Assembly (NCBI RefSeq): GCF_009834535.1
Contig: NC_045697.1
Location: 8,186,001-8,250,000 of the forward strand
Reading direction: 5' to 3'
DNA length: 64,000 nt
DNA from: Camelus ferus
Lineage: Eukaryota
Each line of letters opens with the position of its first letter. Within the stretch, counting starts at the first letter, position 1. Positions 13,483 to 26,300 of the stretch are shown here, piece after piece. A model generated the notes under the pieces. It saw only the letters and a list, made by a program, of their open reading frames with translations, was not told the origin of the DNA and did no database searches. A program made the position numbers and the translations under genes.

Positions 13483-14015
13483 TCTATCAGTTAGCTATTT
13501 GTGTGAAACAAATCACGTCAAAACTTAGTGGCTTAAAACAACAGGCGTTTATCATTCCAGTTTACAGGTGCATGGCATGGCACCATGCTGGCTGACCTGG
13601 ACTCACTGCAGTGACTCTTGATTTCGGCTGGACTAACACCTGCTTCTGAAAGTCGGATGGGGCATTCTGCTCCGAGCTCAGACTTGGCTAGGGCAGCTTA
13701 ACAGATGCGGCTTTGATCACATGTCCTTCATCCGGTCCCCAGTATTAACCGAGGCTAGCTCACCCAGACACGTTCTTCCCAAGAAAATGGTGGAATCACA
13801 GGGACAACAAGCTTAATATGCAAACGCTTTTCACAACTTTGCTTGCTTCTTTTCTGCAAATATCTACTTGGCCAGATCAAGTCTCATGACAAGATTAGGA
13901 GCAGAAATGTACCCCTCCAGCCCACTTCCTCTGGTGTGGATGTACTGCAAGGTTAAAAAGCAAAGAGCATGGATACGGGAAAGAAGTCAAGTTGGCAGCA
14001 ATAACACAATTTTAA
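13483..14015 (-). mobile_element. MLT1H-like LTR
   Basis: 'tatcagttagctattt...caaaacttagtggcttaaaacaac...ttggccagatcaagtctcatgac...gagcatggatacggga'. Confidence 0.8.
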
Positions 14016-14349
14016 AAACACTCAACAATTGTACAACACTGAGTAATATTAGCTCTGTCATTTACTTACCATATCTTTGCACTTAAAGTGCCTTATTTCT
14101 TCCTAAGCTATTGAATTGCACAGAGCACTTGTTCAAACTGCTCCTAACTTAAATAGTCTGAAGCTTGGTAAGAAGCGTAGACAGTACCCCACAGCTTGGC
14201 GAAGCTGCGCCCTTTCTAACCCATCAGAAGTGGGCAACTCCACAGCAGAGCACATTTCCCATCATCTCATTTTCAGGTGCCTTCCTTTCAGCTCATTCTC
14301 TTTTTACACACCTGGCATTGTTCTCATGGTTATATCCTTAAGCACACAC

Positions 14350-15640
14350 AACTACTTTAGCCTTGTTTCCTCTCTATTCTTTGGACCGAGTAATTCTATT
14401 CATCTGTCTGTAAGTTCACTAAATTTTCTTCCCTTTAGCCTGTCTAGTGAATTTTTCATTCTGTTTTTGTACTTTTCAGCTGTAGATTTCCATGCATTTA
14501 CTTATATAGATTTTGGTTTCTCTATTCAAATTCTCTCGTTTGTTCATTAAGGCCATTCTTTCTTTTAATTCTTTGAAACTTTTATCTTTATTTTTTTAAT
14601 GTAGTCATGGTATATCTGAAGTCCTTGCCAGATATAACATATGAACATGCTTATTGTCCTTTCTACTGATTCTTTTTTTCCTGAGTATGGATCACACTTT
14701 ACTGTCACTATGTACATCTTCTAATCTTTCATTTAAAACTAGACAGCTCAGATACTACTGTGTAGCTACTTAGCGTTCTGTGGTATTATTCTGATTATTG
14801 TTACTATTTTTCATTTAGTAAGTAAGTAGTTAACTTGGACCCAAACTGCGATGTGTGTCTCTTCCATGATATGCGGCAGCTCAAATCTCTGCATACTTCC
14901 TACAGCTTCATATTGTTGCTATTTTAGCACAGTCTCCTTGCATTCCTTCCTTTATGTTTATAATTTGGTAATCATCAAGTATTTGAGCAGTGCTTCTACT
15001 CAGGTTTTGGGGTTTATCCTCTCACAGTTTGGTTGATTCTGGAAATTCCTCTTCTAATGGCTCTCTTTGTCTTGGTCTCTGTCCTCTGATCAGTTAAGCC
15101 AATAGGCTTCAGCTTTTTGCCATGCAAGCTACAGATTTGGAAAATGCATTTATTAAAAAAAAAAAAAAAAAACAGCACACTCATGAATCTCCCTCAGTAC
15201 AGCTCTGTCTTTTAAGGATAAGTTCTACTAGGTCTCTGCTTGCATTTGCATTGAGTCCTCTCAGTCTAACCACTAGCATGCATGATCAAACAAGGATTCA
15301 CACATAGTATATAGTCATATACTGGACCCAGTTCTCTTCCAGAATTAGATTCTGCTTTTTGACACCTTGAGTAATAAGGTTGTGAGTTTCTGCTGCCAAC
15401 TTATGATGAGTGTCCTACAACACAAAGCCACAAACTTGCGATCATTACCATTTCCTGTTGAAGTTTTTTGTTTTGTTTTTGTTTTTAAGAATAAACTCTC
15501 TTCTGGCTTCTGTCTGATCTTGGATACTTTCCAGTGCCTTTAAATAGTTGGTTTTTTATACTGTGTCTAGACTTTAAACCAGTTCTCTGCAGAAGGATTC
15601 CTGTGAGCCCTTCACTCTACTGCCATATCATAAGTTCTGT
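14350..15640 (-). mobile_element. Old L1M ORF1/5' region, degraded
   Basis: 'gtaattctattcatctgtctgtaagttcactaa...tctagtgaatttttcatt...gtacttttcagctgtagatttcc' is typical of antisense L1M ORF1. Confidence 0.65.
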
Positions 15641-16569
15641 GCCTTGTCAGAAAATGACAGTAATGCTGGCTCATTCCTGCAGGATGGCTTTAAAGAAGAC
15701 AAAAGCAGGACTTGAATTATTTGCAACAACATGGATGAACCTAGGAGGTATTATGCTAAGATTTGGGGTGGAGAGGAGAAATGAGAAGTGTGAACAGAAA
15801 GGAAGCACTGACTCTTACAAGGATTCAGGAATTGGGAAGAATGGATAATCCGCAGTTGTTTAAGGTGTATAGTGAGATACTAGAGAGGTGGGCAGGGAGC
15901 TGGTTTAATCCTGACACATATTTATGAAGAATTTACTTGAAAGTTGTGGAGGATCATCAAACCTCACGGAGCAGTAAAAACTGAGTGAAACAATAGCCAC
16001 ACTCTTTCAGTCCCACACTCTTTTTTTCTCCCAGCTTCTCAGAGAGGCCAAGCTAGTCGAGTACCCCCCATCCACGGGACATAGGGAGGAAGACAGTGAC
16101 CAGAGTTCACTTTTGAGGTCCCCTAAATCTTCCAGCTTGACTGAAGGCAAATCCTCAATAGGGGGCCATCCACTTAAGGGAACTAGGCAGGATCAGAGTG
16201 CCACTTGGAGAAACTAACATAAAAGGGAACTGTGCATCAGTGAGGCCTGACTAGAGTCTTGAATTCTGGGGGGAAAAAAAGAGATAATAGATCCCTAGGA
16301 ATTCTGCACTCCCCACCTCAGACCTTTAAAGGAAGAAGAAAGAAAATATTTGGAGATTCAGAATCTAAGAAATAACCAACAAGGATTTTATTTCGGAACG
16401 AGCAATTTGCTGCATAAAGTAAGAGCACTGCAGAACACTAGGATGTCCTTGTAGGTTTAGTATCCTAGAACGTGAAGAGAGTATGAGTGTAGAGAACAAA
16501 GACATGGTGCTCTTTACATAGAGTAGGGCATCTTTAAGACTAAAATTGGCAGCCAATTGTCAAGAAGGC

Positions 16570-16761
16570 TATGTGGTGTAATGGTTAAAGGCATCAACTA
16601 GGGAGCCAAACATTCTGGGTTTGAATCCCAAATTTGCCCTTTTAATAATTGTTTTAACTTGTTTATATCACTTAAACCCCTTATGCCTCATGTCTTCATC
16701 AATAACGTAGATGATGATGATAACCACACAAAGTTTTTTGGTGTGAAAACTAGATAAATTA

Positions 16762-16806
<45 letters not shown>

Positions 16807-16850
16807 TAGAACACTAAATGGTGTATTATATAATATATAGTAATTATTAA
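16570..16850 (+). mobile_element. MIR containing a (TA)n repeat
   Basis: 'gtggtgtaatggttaaag...ggagccaaacattctgggtttgaatccc...cacttaaaccccttatgcctca'. Confidence 0.85.
16764..16803. repeat. (TA)n microsatellite
   Basis: Read directly from the sequence. Confidence 0.98.
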
Positions 16851-16924
16851 CTCCTTTTGTTTAAAACCAAGAAAAAGATCATAAATTATAAAACTCATTA
16901 CTTTCAGGTAGAAGGATTATCAGA

Positions 16925-17140
16925 ATCAGCATTGTAAAGCACAGGGTTTGAGTGCAAGTCCTTCCACATGCCAACTGCATGATACAGGGCTTACCACATC
17001 GTCCCTGAGGATCAGTTTCTCTCTTCACAGAATCGATAACTTCCTGCCCCACCCATCTCATGAAGCTGTTATGAAAGTTAAATTGAGATGGTGGGTTTGA
17101 AAGACCTTTGCAAAATGCAAAATGCTGAACAAAAGATAGA
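16925..17140 (+). mobile_element. MIR
   Basis: 'tcagtttctctcttcacagaat...gctgttatgaaagttaaattgagat...tttgcaaaatgcaaaatgctg'. Confidence 0.7.
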
Positions 17141-17183
17141 TGCATTGATATAAAGTATCTTTAGCTTAAAAAATGAATCTTGG

Positions 17184-17766
17184 AAGATACATGGACCCCA
17201 ATGTTCATAGCAGCATAGTCAAGACATGGAAGAAACCTAAATGTCCATCAGCAGATGACTGGATAAAGAAGTTGTGGTATATTTATACAATGGAATACTA
17301 CTCAGCAATAAAAAATAAAAGAATGCCATTTGAAGCAACATGGATGGAACTGGAGATTGTCATTCTAAGTGAAGTAAGCCAGAAAGAGAAAGAAAAATAC
17401 CACATGATATCACTCATATGTGGAATCTAATATAAAGAAAAAAAAAAGAGGACACTATGAACTCATCTACAAAACTGAAACAGATTTAGACATAGTAAAT
17501 AAACTTATAGTTGCCAGGGGAAGAGGGAGTGGGAAGGGATAAATTCAGGAGTTTGAGATTGCAAATGATAACCACTATATATAAAAACATAAAAAACAAG
17601 TTTCTTCTGTATAGCACAAGGAACTATATTCAATATCTTATAATAACCTTTAATGAAAAAGAATATGAAAATGAATATATGTGTGTATATATATGCATGA
17701 CTGGGACATTATGCTGTACACCAGAGATTGACACATTGTAACTGACTATACTTCAATTGAAAAAAA
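17184..17766 (+). mobile_element. Young 5'-truncated L1 (ORF2 C-terminus plus 3'UTR)
   Basis: Encodes KTWKKPKCPSADDWIKKLWYIYTMEYYSAIK...SLICGI. Imperfect TSD aaaaaatgaatcttgg (17168) / aaaaaatgattttgg (17761). Confidence 0.92.
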
Positions 17767-17774
17767 TGATTTTG

Positions 17775-19325
17775 GGAACTCTCATGCACTGTTTGTGGGT
17801 GTACAACCAACAGGGCACCCACCAACAGTGGTGCAGCCACTATGGGAAACCATATGGAGTTTTTTACAAAAACATAAAATTAGAACTACCATATGATCCA
17901 GCAATTCCACTTTTGGATATTTTTCCAAAGGCAATGAAAACATTAACTCAAAAAGATATTTGCACTCCCATGTTCACTGCAGCATTATTTAGAATAGCCA
18001 AGAATATATTTAATGTATGCATATATTATATAGAATGAAATGTTATTCTGTAATAAGAAAGAAGGATTATCTTGCCATTTGCAACAACGAAGATGCAACT
18101 TGAGGGCATGATGCTAAGTGAAATGAATCAGACAGAGAAAGACAAGTACTGGATGATCTCAGTTATATGTGGAATCTAAAAAAGTAAAAAACAAACTCAT
18201 AGATGCAGAGAACAGATTGGTGGTTGTCAGAGGTGAAGGTGGAGAGTGGGAGAAATGGATGGGGTGAAATGGATGAAGGTGGTCAAAAGTTACAAATTTC
18301 CAGTTATAAAATAAATAAGTCCTAGGGATGTAATGTGTAGTGTGGCAACTTATATTAATAACACAGAATTATGTGTATCTTTTAGAATTCATTTTTTTGT
18401 TTGTTTGTTTATTTTTCCCAGATATACACCCAGGAGTGGAATTGCTCAATCACATAATAGTTCTGTGTTTAGCTTTTTGAGGAGCATCCATACTGTTTTC
18501 CATAGTGGATGCACCAATTGACATTTCCACCAACAGTGTTCATAGCAGCACTGTTCATAGTAGTCAAGATATGGAAGTAAGCCAAGTGTCCATCAACAGA
18601 TGAATGGACAAAGAAAATGTGGTATATATGTAAAAAGTAATATTACCCAGTGTTAAAAAAGAATGAAAGTATGTCATTTGCAGCAATGTGGATGGACCTA
18701 GAGAATATTATGTTAGTGAAAAAAGTCAGAGAAAGACAAATCTGTACGACATCACTTACATGTGGAATCTGAAAAATAAAACAAACAAATGTATATAGCA
18801 AATTAGAAAGAGACTCACAGATATAAAAAATGAACTAGTGGTTACCAGTGGGGAGAGGAAAGGAGGGAGGGAAAAAATAAGGGTATTGAGATTTTATACT
18901 ATGTATAAAATAGATAAGCAACAAGGATATATTGTACAGCACAGGGAATTATAGCCATTATTGTGTAATAACTTTTGATGGAGTATAGTTGACAAAAATA
19001 CTAATACTAATGAAAATGACTGTGCTGAACACCTGAAACAAATGTATATTGTGAATCAATTATACTTCAATTAAAAATAAAACAAATTGGATAGAACAAT
19101 AATAATTTTAAAAAATAATAATCTATTGTGTATTTTAAAACTACTAAGAGTAAATCTTAAAAATTCTTATCATAAAAAAATTGCCACTGCGTGTGGTGAT
19201 GGATGTTAACTAGACTTACTGTGGTTATCACTTTGCAATATACACAGATATTGAATCATTGTGTTGCACAACTGAAACTAATGTAATGGTATACGTCAAT
19301 TGTATCTCAGTAAAAAAAAAATAAA
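17775..19325 (+). mobile_element. Older L1 3' end (L1MA9-like), split by a nested L1 at 18362-19110
   Basis: Encodes [16 protein letters not shown]...DICTPMFTAALF. The 3'UTR breaks at ~18361, resumes at ~19115 ('tattgtgtatttt...ctaagagtaaatctt') and runs to an A-tail at ~19312. Confidence 0.85.
18362..19110 (+). mobile_element. 5'-inverted L1 (twin-priming type): 18362-18538 antisense, 18539-19110 sense
   Basis: The reverse complement of the first segment is the L1 sequence normally lying immediately upstream of 'ttcatagcagcactg', where the sense segment begins. Confidence 0.85.
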
Positions 19326-19329
19326 AACA

Positions 19330-20340
19330 AAGTCATGAGGGAATTTATATAATATTTTGAGCAAAATGATAATAATATATATCAAGACTTGTGGGATGCA
19401 GGCAAAAACAGTATTCCTAGGGAAATGCACAGCTTCTGATGCACATATCTGTAAAATAACAGCAAAATAAGCAGAAAGAGAATTGATGGAAGTAAAGAAA
19501 AGAGAAGAGCAGAGGTAGAAAAAAATACAACAGGAACTATGAGCAAAACTAAAATTGGTCCTCTGGAAATTCTAATAAAATTGATAAAAAACACTCTGGT
19601 GAGACTGATCAAAAGAAGAGAGAAGGCACAAAAAATTGACATCAAGACTGAAAAGGAAACAGCAGCACAGATCTGGAATACATTAAAAATTAAAAGTTCT
19701 TATGAGCAAATAAGTAGTATAAAAACATAGATAAAACAGACAAGCATCTGTGTCAAACACAATAGACAGTGGTGAAATAGAGAAAGCCTTTCTTCTGGGA
19801 CTGGGAACAAGAAAAGGCTGTCTGTTATACTACTACTTTTCAATATTGTTCTGGAGTACAAGCTATATCATAGGGCAAAAAGAAGAAAAAAGCACATGGA
19901 CTAGAAATAGAGGAACAAAACTTAGTATTTGCCAGTGGTGTGTTTGGGTGCACTGATAATCCTAATAAATATACAGATAATTCATTACAAATAGGAAATT
20001 TTATGAAAGATCTCTGGATTTTAAAATTATTTTGGAAAAATCAGCTTAATTTTAATTTCTCTATATTGACAACAAAGGGAAGAAAATAAAATATTTAAAA
20101 GATACTACTTTCAATAGCAACAGAAATATCAAGTATATATAAATAAAGCCAATAAAAGATACAAACTTTCTTCAAAATGACAAATAAGATTCTATTGAGA
20201 CATTACAGAATATCAAAATAAATTGAAATATGTATTATGTTTACAGACTAGAAAGTTCAGTATTGTAAAGATGACGCTTCTCTCCTGGGTTAATGTGTAG
20301 ATTCAATATAACGTCAACCAAAAATCCCCCCAAAAAAGTT
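19330..20340 (+). mobile_element. Old L1M ORF2 fragments
   Basis: 'tatcaagacttgtgggatgcaggcaaa', 'ctggtgagactgatcaa', 'gggaacaagaaaaggctgtc', 'agtattgtaaagatg...tagattcaat'. Confidence 0.8.
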
Positions 20341-21109
20341 TTTGTTGTAGTTTAAAAAAATGAGTTCCACTTTCCCACAAGAACTTACTGTGAGGGGTCA
20401 CACCAATTTTCCTCTCAACTGAAGAGTTCATTATATATTTGCTCTACTATTCAAAGCACTTGCTCTGTTTTTTCATGCTAATTCCAAGATGCCACACAGT
20501 AGCTCCTGCCTCTCACTACTGGATTATGTGAATCCTTAAAATAAATAATGTCAGATCCGATGTTTTAACTGAGTGTTTAAAAACATGGAACAGTTTAAGG
20601 TTACATAAAATTTACCAAAAAAAAAAAGAAAGGAGGGAAAATGAATTCACAAAAATTCAGTAAAAACATTTTTTGTCTTCACCGATGACCACATCCTGGT
20701 ACAGAAATGCATTCCTAATATTCAGGCATCAGGGGTTCTTTTATGAAAACGTTGGAGTGTTTCTTGAAAACCCCTGCATATGGTAGATGCCATACAGACA
20801 TAAAACTGAACTTGGCCTTGTGCGAGTATTCTTAGTGGGTTCTTAAGATTCAGTGTTTATGAAGTCCTCAGAATGCCCACAATATTTTAAAGCAAAGAGA
20901 TGTAAGTAGACAAAATGCCTTTCTGTTTTCTTAAAATTTCTAACCAATCCTTGTGGTTATGAAGCCACATATTAATAAGCAAACTGATCCTTTTCCACAG
21001 GAAATCCAACACAGTGTTGACACTACCCTAGGACGTGCTTTTCCAGAGTGATATTTCACATTTTTCCACCAGCTCTTTTGTGGAAGTCATTTGTGTTGTT
21101 GCTACTGTA

Positions 21110-21602
21110 GTATGCATCTGTTAGGAATGCCTGCAGCTGCAAATAACAACATTTGACTAGAAATAGCCTAAACTCGTTTTTTATTGTTCACTAATAACAA
21201 GAAGTCTGGAAATAGATCATTGCTGTTGGTATTGCCTTAGGGGCAAATGATATTAGGATTAGCATCTCTAAGATTAACCTGACCTCATGACTACATAATG
21301 GGTGCAACTGCTCCATGTATCACATATTTATACAAGTACATTCAGAAGCAGCATTGTGGATGAGTAGGCAAGGGACAAGTAGATCATGGGACAGGAAATT
21401 TCTTTCATAGGGCTTCCTATTTTCATGGAGGAGAATCCTTCCCCAAAGGATTCCCAGTCATTGTTCTTACAACTCATTGTCCAGAACTGTGTCACATATT
21501 AACCACTTCCTATATTAAGTAGTTGGGCTTACCTTTTCTGATATCTGAACAAAACCACAACTGGGGTTAGTTTGGAGTTAGGCAAGCACCAGACTTGGCC
21601 AT
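21110..21602 (-). mobile_element. MLT1J/K-like LTR
   Basis: 'gttaggaatgcctgcagctgcaaataaca...aataacaagaagtctgga...ctcattgtccagaactgtgtcacat'. Confidence 0.75.
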
Positions 21603-21639
21603 CCGTGTTGTTTTTTTTGTTTGTGTGTTTTTTTCCCTA

Positions 21640-22800
21640 ATTTTATTTTATTCAACAAAAGAATTCAAAACAGTAGAATAATTTCAACTATAATACAAGA
21701 AGTCCTTCAGATTCCCCAACTGTTAATACTTACCACAATTACTTTCTCATTCTCTTTCATCTTACATGCACATGTATTGAATTTTTATGAAACAGTTGAG
21801 ATTAATTTGTAGACATGGCTATTATCCTAAATACTCCAGTATATATTTCCTAAAAACAAACAAAATCTCTTACATAACCACATTATTGTCCTCAAAACCA
21901 GAAGTTCAAATTAACACAATAATTTCTCATGATTAGATTTAGATTATGCATTTGTAGCAGCAACATCACGGAAGTGATGCTGTGTTTTCAGTATCCTGAT
22001 ATGTGGTATTCAATATTGATTTGTCCTGGTATTGGCAAGGTAAACTATGACCGTATAACGATATTGGTGTCTGCTAGGTTTCTCTGCTATAAAGTAATTA
22101 TGTCTTCATTTGTAAGTAGAAGGTATTTTGTTAGGAAATACTTTGAGACTATGAAAATATCTTATTTCTCGTTAAACTTTCATCTCTTATTTTAGCATCC
22201 ATTGATGATTCTTACTTTAATGGGTTATTATTGTAATGGTTATCAAGTGGTGAATTTATAATTCTATTAACTCCGTCTACATTTATTATTTGGCATTCTA
22301 CTGTTAAGGAAGAGCTTTCTCTTCTTTGCATTAATTAAAAACTCATGGATTCCTACTTTATTCAGTGAATTGAAATCCAGTAGTATTATCGTGATGCCAA
22401 ATTTGTCCCAGCTTTGGCCAGTGAGAGCCCCTTTGACCTGACTTCTGTATCCTTTGATGTGCTGTTATGATTCCTTGAATACCTCTTTACTGTCTGTGAA
22501 AATAGGATGTTCAGTGTTCAGCATGTATTTTGTTGACCCAGACTCAAAAGTGTCCATTTCTCCATGGAATCCTCATTCCTTTCAGTGAGAATGTATTTGT
22601 AAACCTACATCTGGTCTCTACATCAGCGTGTACTCATTGCTACTTGAATCTCATTGCTTTCAAGCCTCTGAATAGACAGGCTAAGAAATATGTATGCATA
22701 CACCTACGTGTCTACAGGTGCACATTTACTTTTATACATGTTTATATATTTAACCGTCCATTGAAAGCCATGAGTTTACTCTAGCAGCTCCAATTTGCTC
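21640..22800 (-). mobile_element. L1MC4/5-like 3' end
   Basis: 'cagattccccaactgttaatactt...cctaaatactccagtatatatttcctaaaaacaa...atactttgagactatg...tttggccagtgagagcccc'. Confidence 0.8.
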
Positions 22801-22849
22801 AAATCTTACTATTTCTTTCACCAATGAAACATCGTTAAAAATCATACCA

Positions 22850-23085
22850 CAGACATTTTCCCAAACCTTCCATATTTAAAACCTGCATCATTTTAGGTGC
22901 TACTATAATTCACGCCTACTTTTGTCCAGGCACGTGTCACCTTCTAACTAAATGTCTGTTTGTCAGTCTCTCCAGTTAGCTTGGAGCTCTTTGAAGATGT
23001 GTTGTCATTCATTTCTGTTACCCCCAGAGTTTAGTCTATGGCCTAACATGCTGGTGTTTGATAAATATTTGCAGAATCACTGAGA
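22850..23085 (+). mobile_element. L2 3' end
   Basis: 'gagctctttgaag...tcattcatttctgttacccccagag...tttgataaatatttgcagaat'. Confidence 0.65.
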
Positions 23086-23854
23086 TATTTAATGACTAAG
23101 TAATACCATTAGTCAAAATGAACAAATGCAACCATTGATTGAATGCCCTAAAATGTTTGCTTATTTTTTTTTCTTTTTGTGAACGATTTGATTGTTTTCC
23201 TCTCTTTTACAGATCTTCAATACATGTCAATAAGCCTCTATAGAACACTTCCCCTGCATCAGGCCCCCTGTTTGTAACTGCTACCTGAACTCATTTTTCC
23301 ATTAGTGATGACTCTCCAAATTCTCAGCGACAAGACACTTCATTCAGAAATGGAGATTTTTAATCTGCCTCCAGCATCCTGATTTGAGTTGTACTCAGAA
23401 AGGCCTCTTCTGACAAAGACCATACAAAACCACAGAATTAATGACTTTTTCAGAGTTCTCCGAATTCTATTCCCCCTCATATCCTGATAATCCATATTTT
23501 TTTAACTTACAAACACCAGAAAAAGCAGTTCTTGCTGTTTATCTTGTTTCTCCCTCTTATAAACCAAATTTTCTGACACCACTCAACTATTTAAATCAAG
23601 TTTAGCATTGAAATTTCACAGACCTCAAATCTCTTAAAATCTGATTATCAGAGGCTTCTGAGTTCATACCTGAGAGAAAAGTATTGTACACCAGGAAGAT
23701 ATTAAATTATAAAACAATTCTGAAGCAATTCTATGAGATGGCGTACTCCTACCTAGATGAGAAAGATATTCTTAGCAACAGAAGGGTCCTGAGGGACCTC
23801 TGCTCTCTCCTTGGTCACCCCAGCATCTGGAAGAGAGATTCCAGGTCTCCTTAT

Positions 23855-24100
23855 GCCTGTTCTATCCAAAATGACAGCCACTAACCACATGTGAACACTG
23901 AGCAACTGAAATGTGGCTGGTCTGGATTAAGACGTACTGTAAAATACACACCAGGTTTTGAAGACTTGGTTCAATTACAATAAATGTAAATTATCTTGTT
24001 GTTATATTTCAAAACTGATTGCACGTTAAAATGATATTTTGGATCTATGGGTTTTAATAAAATACATTGTCAGTTGCCATTTCTTTTCTACTCATTTTTA
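23855..24100 (-). mobile_element. MER33 (hAT-Charlie)
   Basis: 'agccactaaccacatgtg...ctgaaatgtggctggtctg...gtaaaatacacaccaggttttgaagactt...atattttggat'. Confidence 0.8.
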
Positions 24101-24124
24101 TAAGAAAAGTCTTGAAAGCGTTGT

Positions 24125-25480
24125 CAATTGTTGTCTTCTCTGACCTTACGCTCTCTCCTCTACAGGCTCCAAATATGAAAATGCACCAAAAAAGACTTCA
24201 ATTACCAAGGATTCAAATAACCTCTCTCTTGCAAAACTCTATGGTCTTGACCCATTTTTAATGGATTTGAACTCAATGTTATTTGACACAGTTTACTCCA
24301 TTCCTTCCAAAACTCTCTCTTGTCCTGGCTTCGGTGACCCTATGTGCTTCTGGGTTTCCCCTTTACATTCGCGGGGCTTTTCTCTGCTGATTCTGTTTCT
24401 TCTCTTTGACCTCTGAACGCTGGAAGGACCTGGGCTCAGGTCTGGGATTTCATGTCTCCTCAACATTCATTCTTTCACTCACCCAGGGCTTTAGTTTTAA
24501 ACACCACTGGTATATCAAAGAGTCCAAAATGTTTCCTCCAGCCCTGAATTATTTCCCAGACTCACATGAACAACTACCATTTGGTATCTTTCCCTGGTCG
24601 CCTAATACACATCTCAGACTGAACTCAGTTCTCTTCATTCTCCCTTGGCTCCGCCTTTCAGGACACCTGCCAAAGCTCTCATTCTTGGTAGATGGCACCA
24701 CCATCTGTCCTACTGCTTAAGCTCCATGTCTAGGACCTATCCTTTCCTTCGAAGTCCTCCCTCCACTGCATCAGTGGACCTGATTGACTCTACCTCTTAA
24801 CTACATCCTATCTTCCCTGGCTGCTCCCTGGTCCAAGCTATTATCTTCTGTCATCTGAACTGCTTTAACAGTCTACCAACTAGCTTTCCTATTTCCACTC
24901 TTACTTCACTGTAATCCACTTCAGATATTGTGGGCAGTCATCCCTTACATCATAAATTAGGTCATGACATATTCCTACTTTAAAGTTTTTAACCTTAAAA
25001 ATTTCCCACTGCCTTATGAGAAATCCAAACTCTTAGCTCTGGCTCGTCCCTGCTTACTTCTTTAACACCTAGAGCTACTTGCCAACTTTTAACCCACGCT
25101 CCAGACAAGCCCTGCTTCTGCAAGTCCCCTGAGCTCACCAAGCACGTTCTTCCTGGCTGGTCCCATGATTTATGTTGCTCTTGATCCTTCCCTGTCAGGT
25201 CCCTTCGTGTCATTCCAGCGCAGCTTAAGTATCTTCTTACCAGAGGCATCTTCCCAACCACCTTATCTCAATCATACTTGGTCACTCTTTAAAGTAGCAG
25301 CACATTTTCATTTCCTGCGTATCCCTAATCATTACCATATAATATTTTCTTGTTCATTTTCCTTTAATTCTTCAGCTCCCCTTGGTGTATGGCAGGATCT
25401 TGTCTGTCCTATTCACCAGTGTATTCCCAGTGCCCAGAGCACTGCACATACTGAACAAGCAAATATTTGTTGATTGGAGG
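24125..25480 (+). mobile_element. LINE-2, long 3' portion
   Basis: RT-region remnant 'atttgacacagttta...cctggcttcggtgacc' through the terminus 'ggcaggatcttgtctgtcctattcacc...cccagtgcccagagc...aaatatttgttgattg'. Confidence 0.85.
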
Positions 25481-25649
25481 AATATCTAATTGCACTGTCT
25501 TATTCACCAGCACAGAGCAAAGAAACTGAAAAATCGGTGCTACTGGAGACAGATACCAGCTCTCATAATAAACTTAACGTGTTTTCAAGTCAGTCTGTGG
25601 CAGCAGGTATGCACCTCCTTGGGCCCACCTACTTGTCTTCATTCTAGAC

Positions 25650-25822
25650 CAGTTTTGTCCCAGACAGCTTTCTGGGATGTTCAGTAGAGTAGCTACTAGT
25701 CATCCATAGCTAGTGGGTACTTGAACTGTGACTAGTACAACTGAGTAGCTGAACACTTAGCTTTATTTAATTTAACATAAAAAGCCACACATGGCTAGTG
25801 GCTATCATACTGGAGAGCCCTG
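25650..25822 (+). mobile_element. MER3 (hAT-Charlie)
   Basis: 'gtagctactagtca...tacttgaactgtgactagt...agccacacatggctagtggctatcatactggagagc'. Confidence 0.8.
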
Positions 25823-26059
25823 CTGAGAGTAAAAGCTGCTCCAAGGCAGGTTCTCTGTTTCAGTTCATCTCCATAACCTGAGTACCAAGCAGCTTTCTGA
25901 TGCAACATTGGTGCTCATTAAGGCTGGTTAAAATTCTTGAATCAAAGGCAGGATAGTGAGAATTCCATGCCTTGCTAGAGAAGGCCCAGGGAACCCCAGG
26001 GACGTCTCTGTGGCAGAGAAGGCCCGTGGTGTCCCTCCTCAACATAGTCATGGACATAG

Positions 26060-26300
26060 CAGGGGTTTGAGGGCTAAGAGCTAGAAATTGAAGATGCCCA
26101 CCTGATTTATGAAGCTGTGTGACCTCAGGCGAGCCACATAACCACCTTGGAGCCTCTTCCTTCCTCACCTGTGAGATGACGGTATACAAGAATGTAGCTT
26201 CTAGCTCACTGGATTTCTACAGGAATCCATCGAGGCCAAGAACAGGTAAACCTAGCTGTAAATTGTGAAGTGGCCTGTAAGTATATGGTTCTGTTATTAG
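26060..26300 (+). mobile_element. MIR
   Basis: 'agctgtgtgacctcaggcgagccacataacc...agcctcttccttcctcacctgtgagatg'. Confidence 0.8.

Noticed and set aside
23160..23230. Strong plus-strand acceptor (ttttcctctcttttacag, ends 23212); a similar one ends at 21000
   Set aside because: No convincing paired donor or ORF; such sites are frequent by chance.
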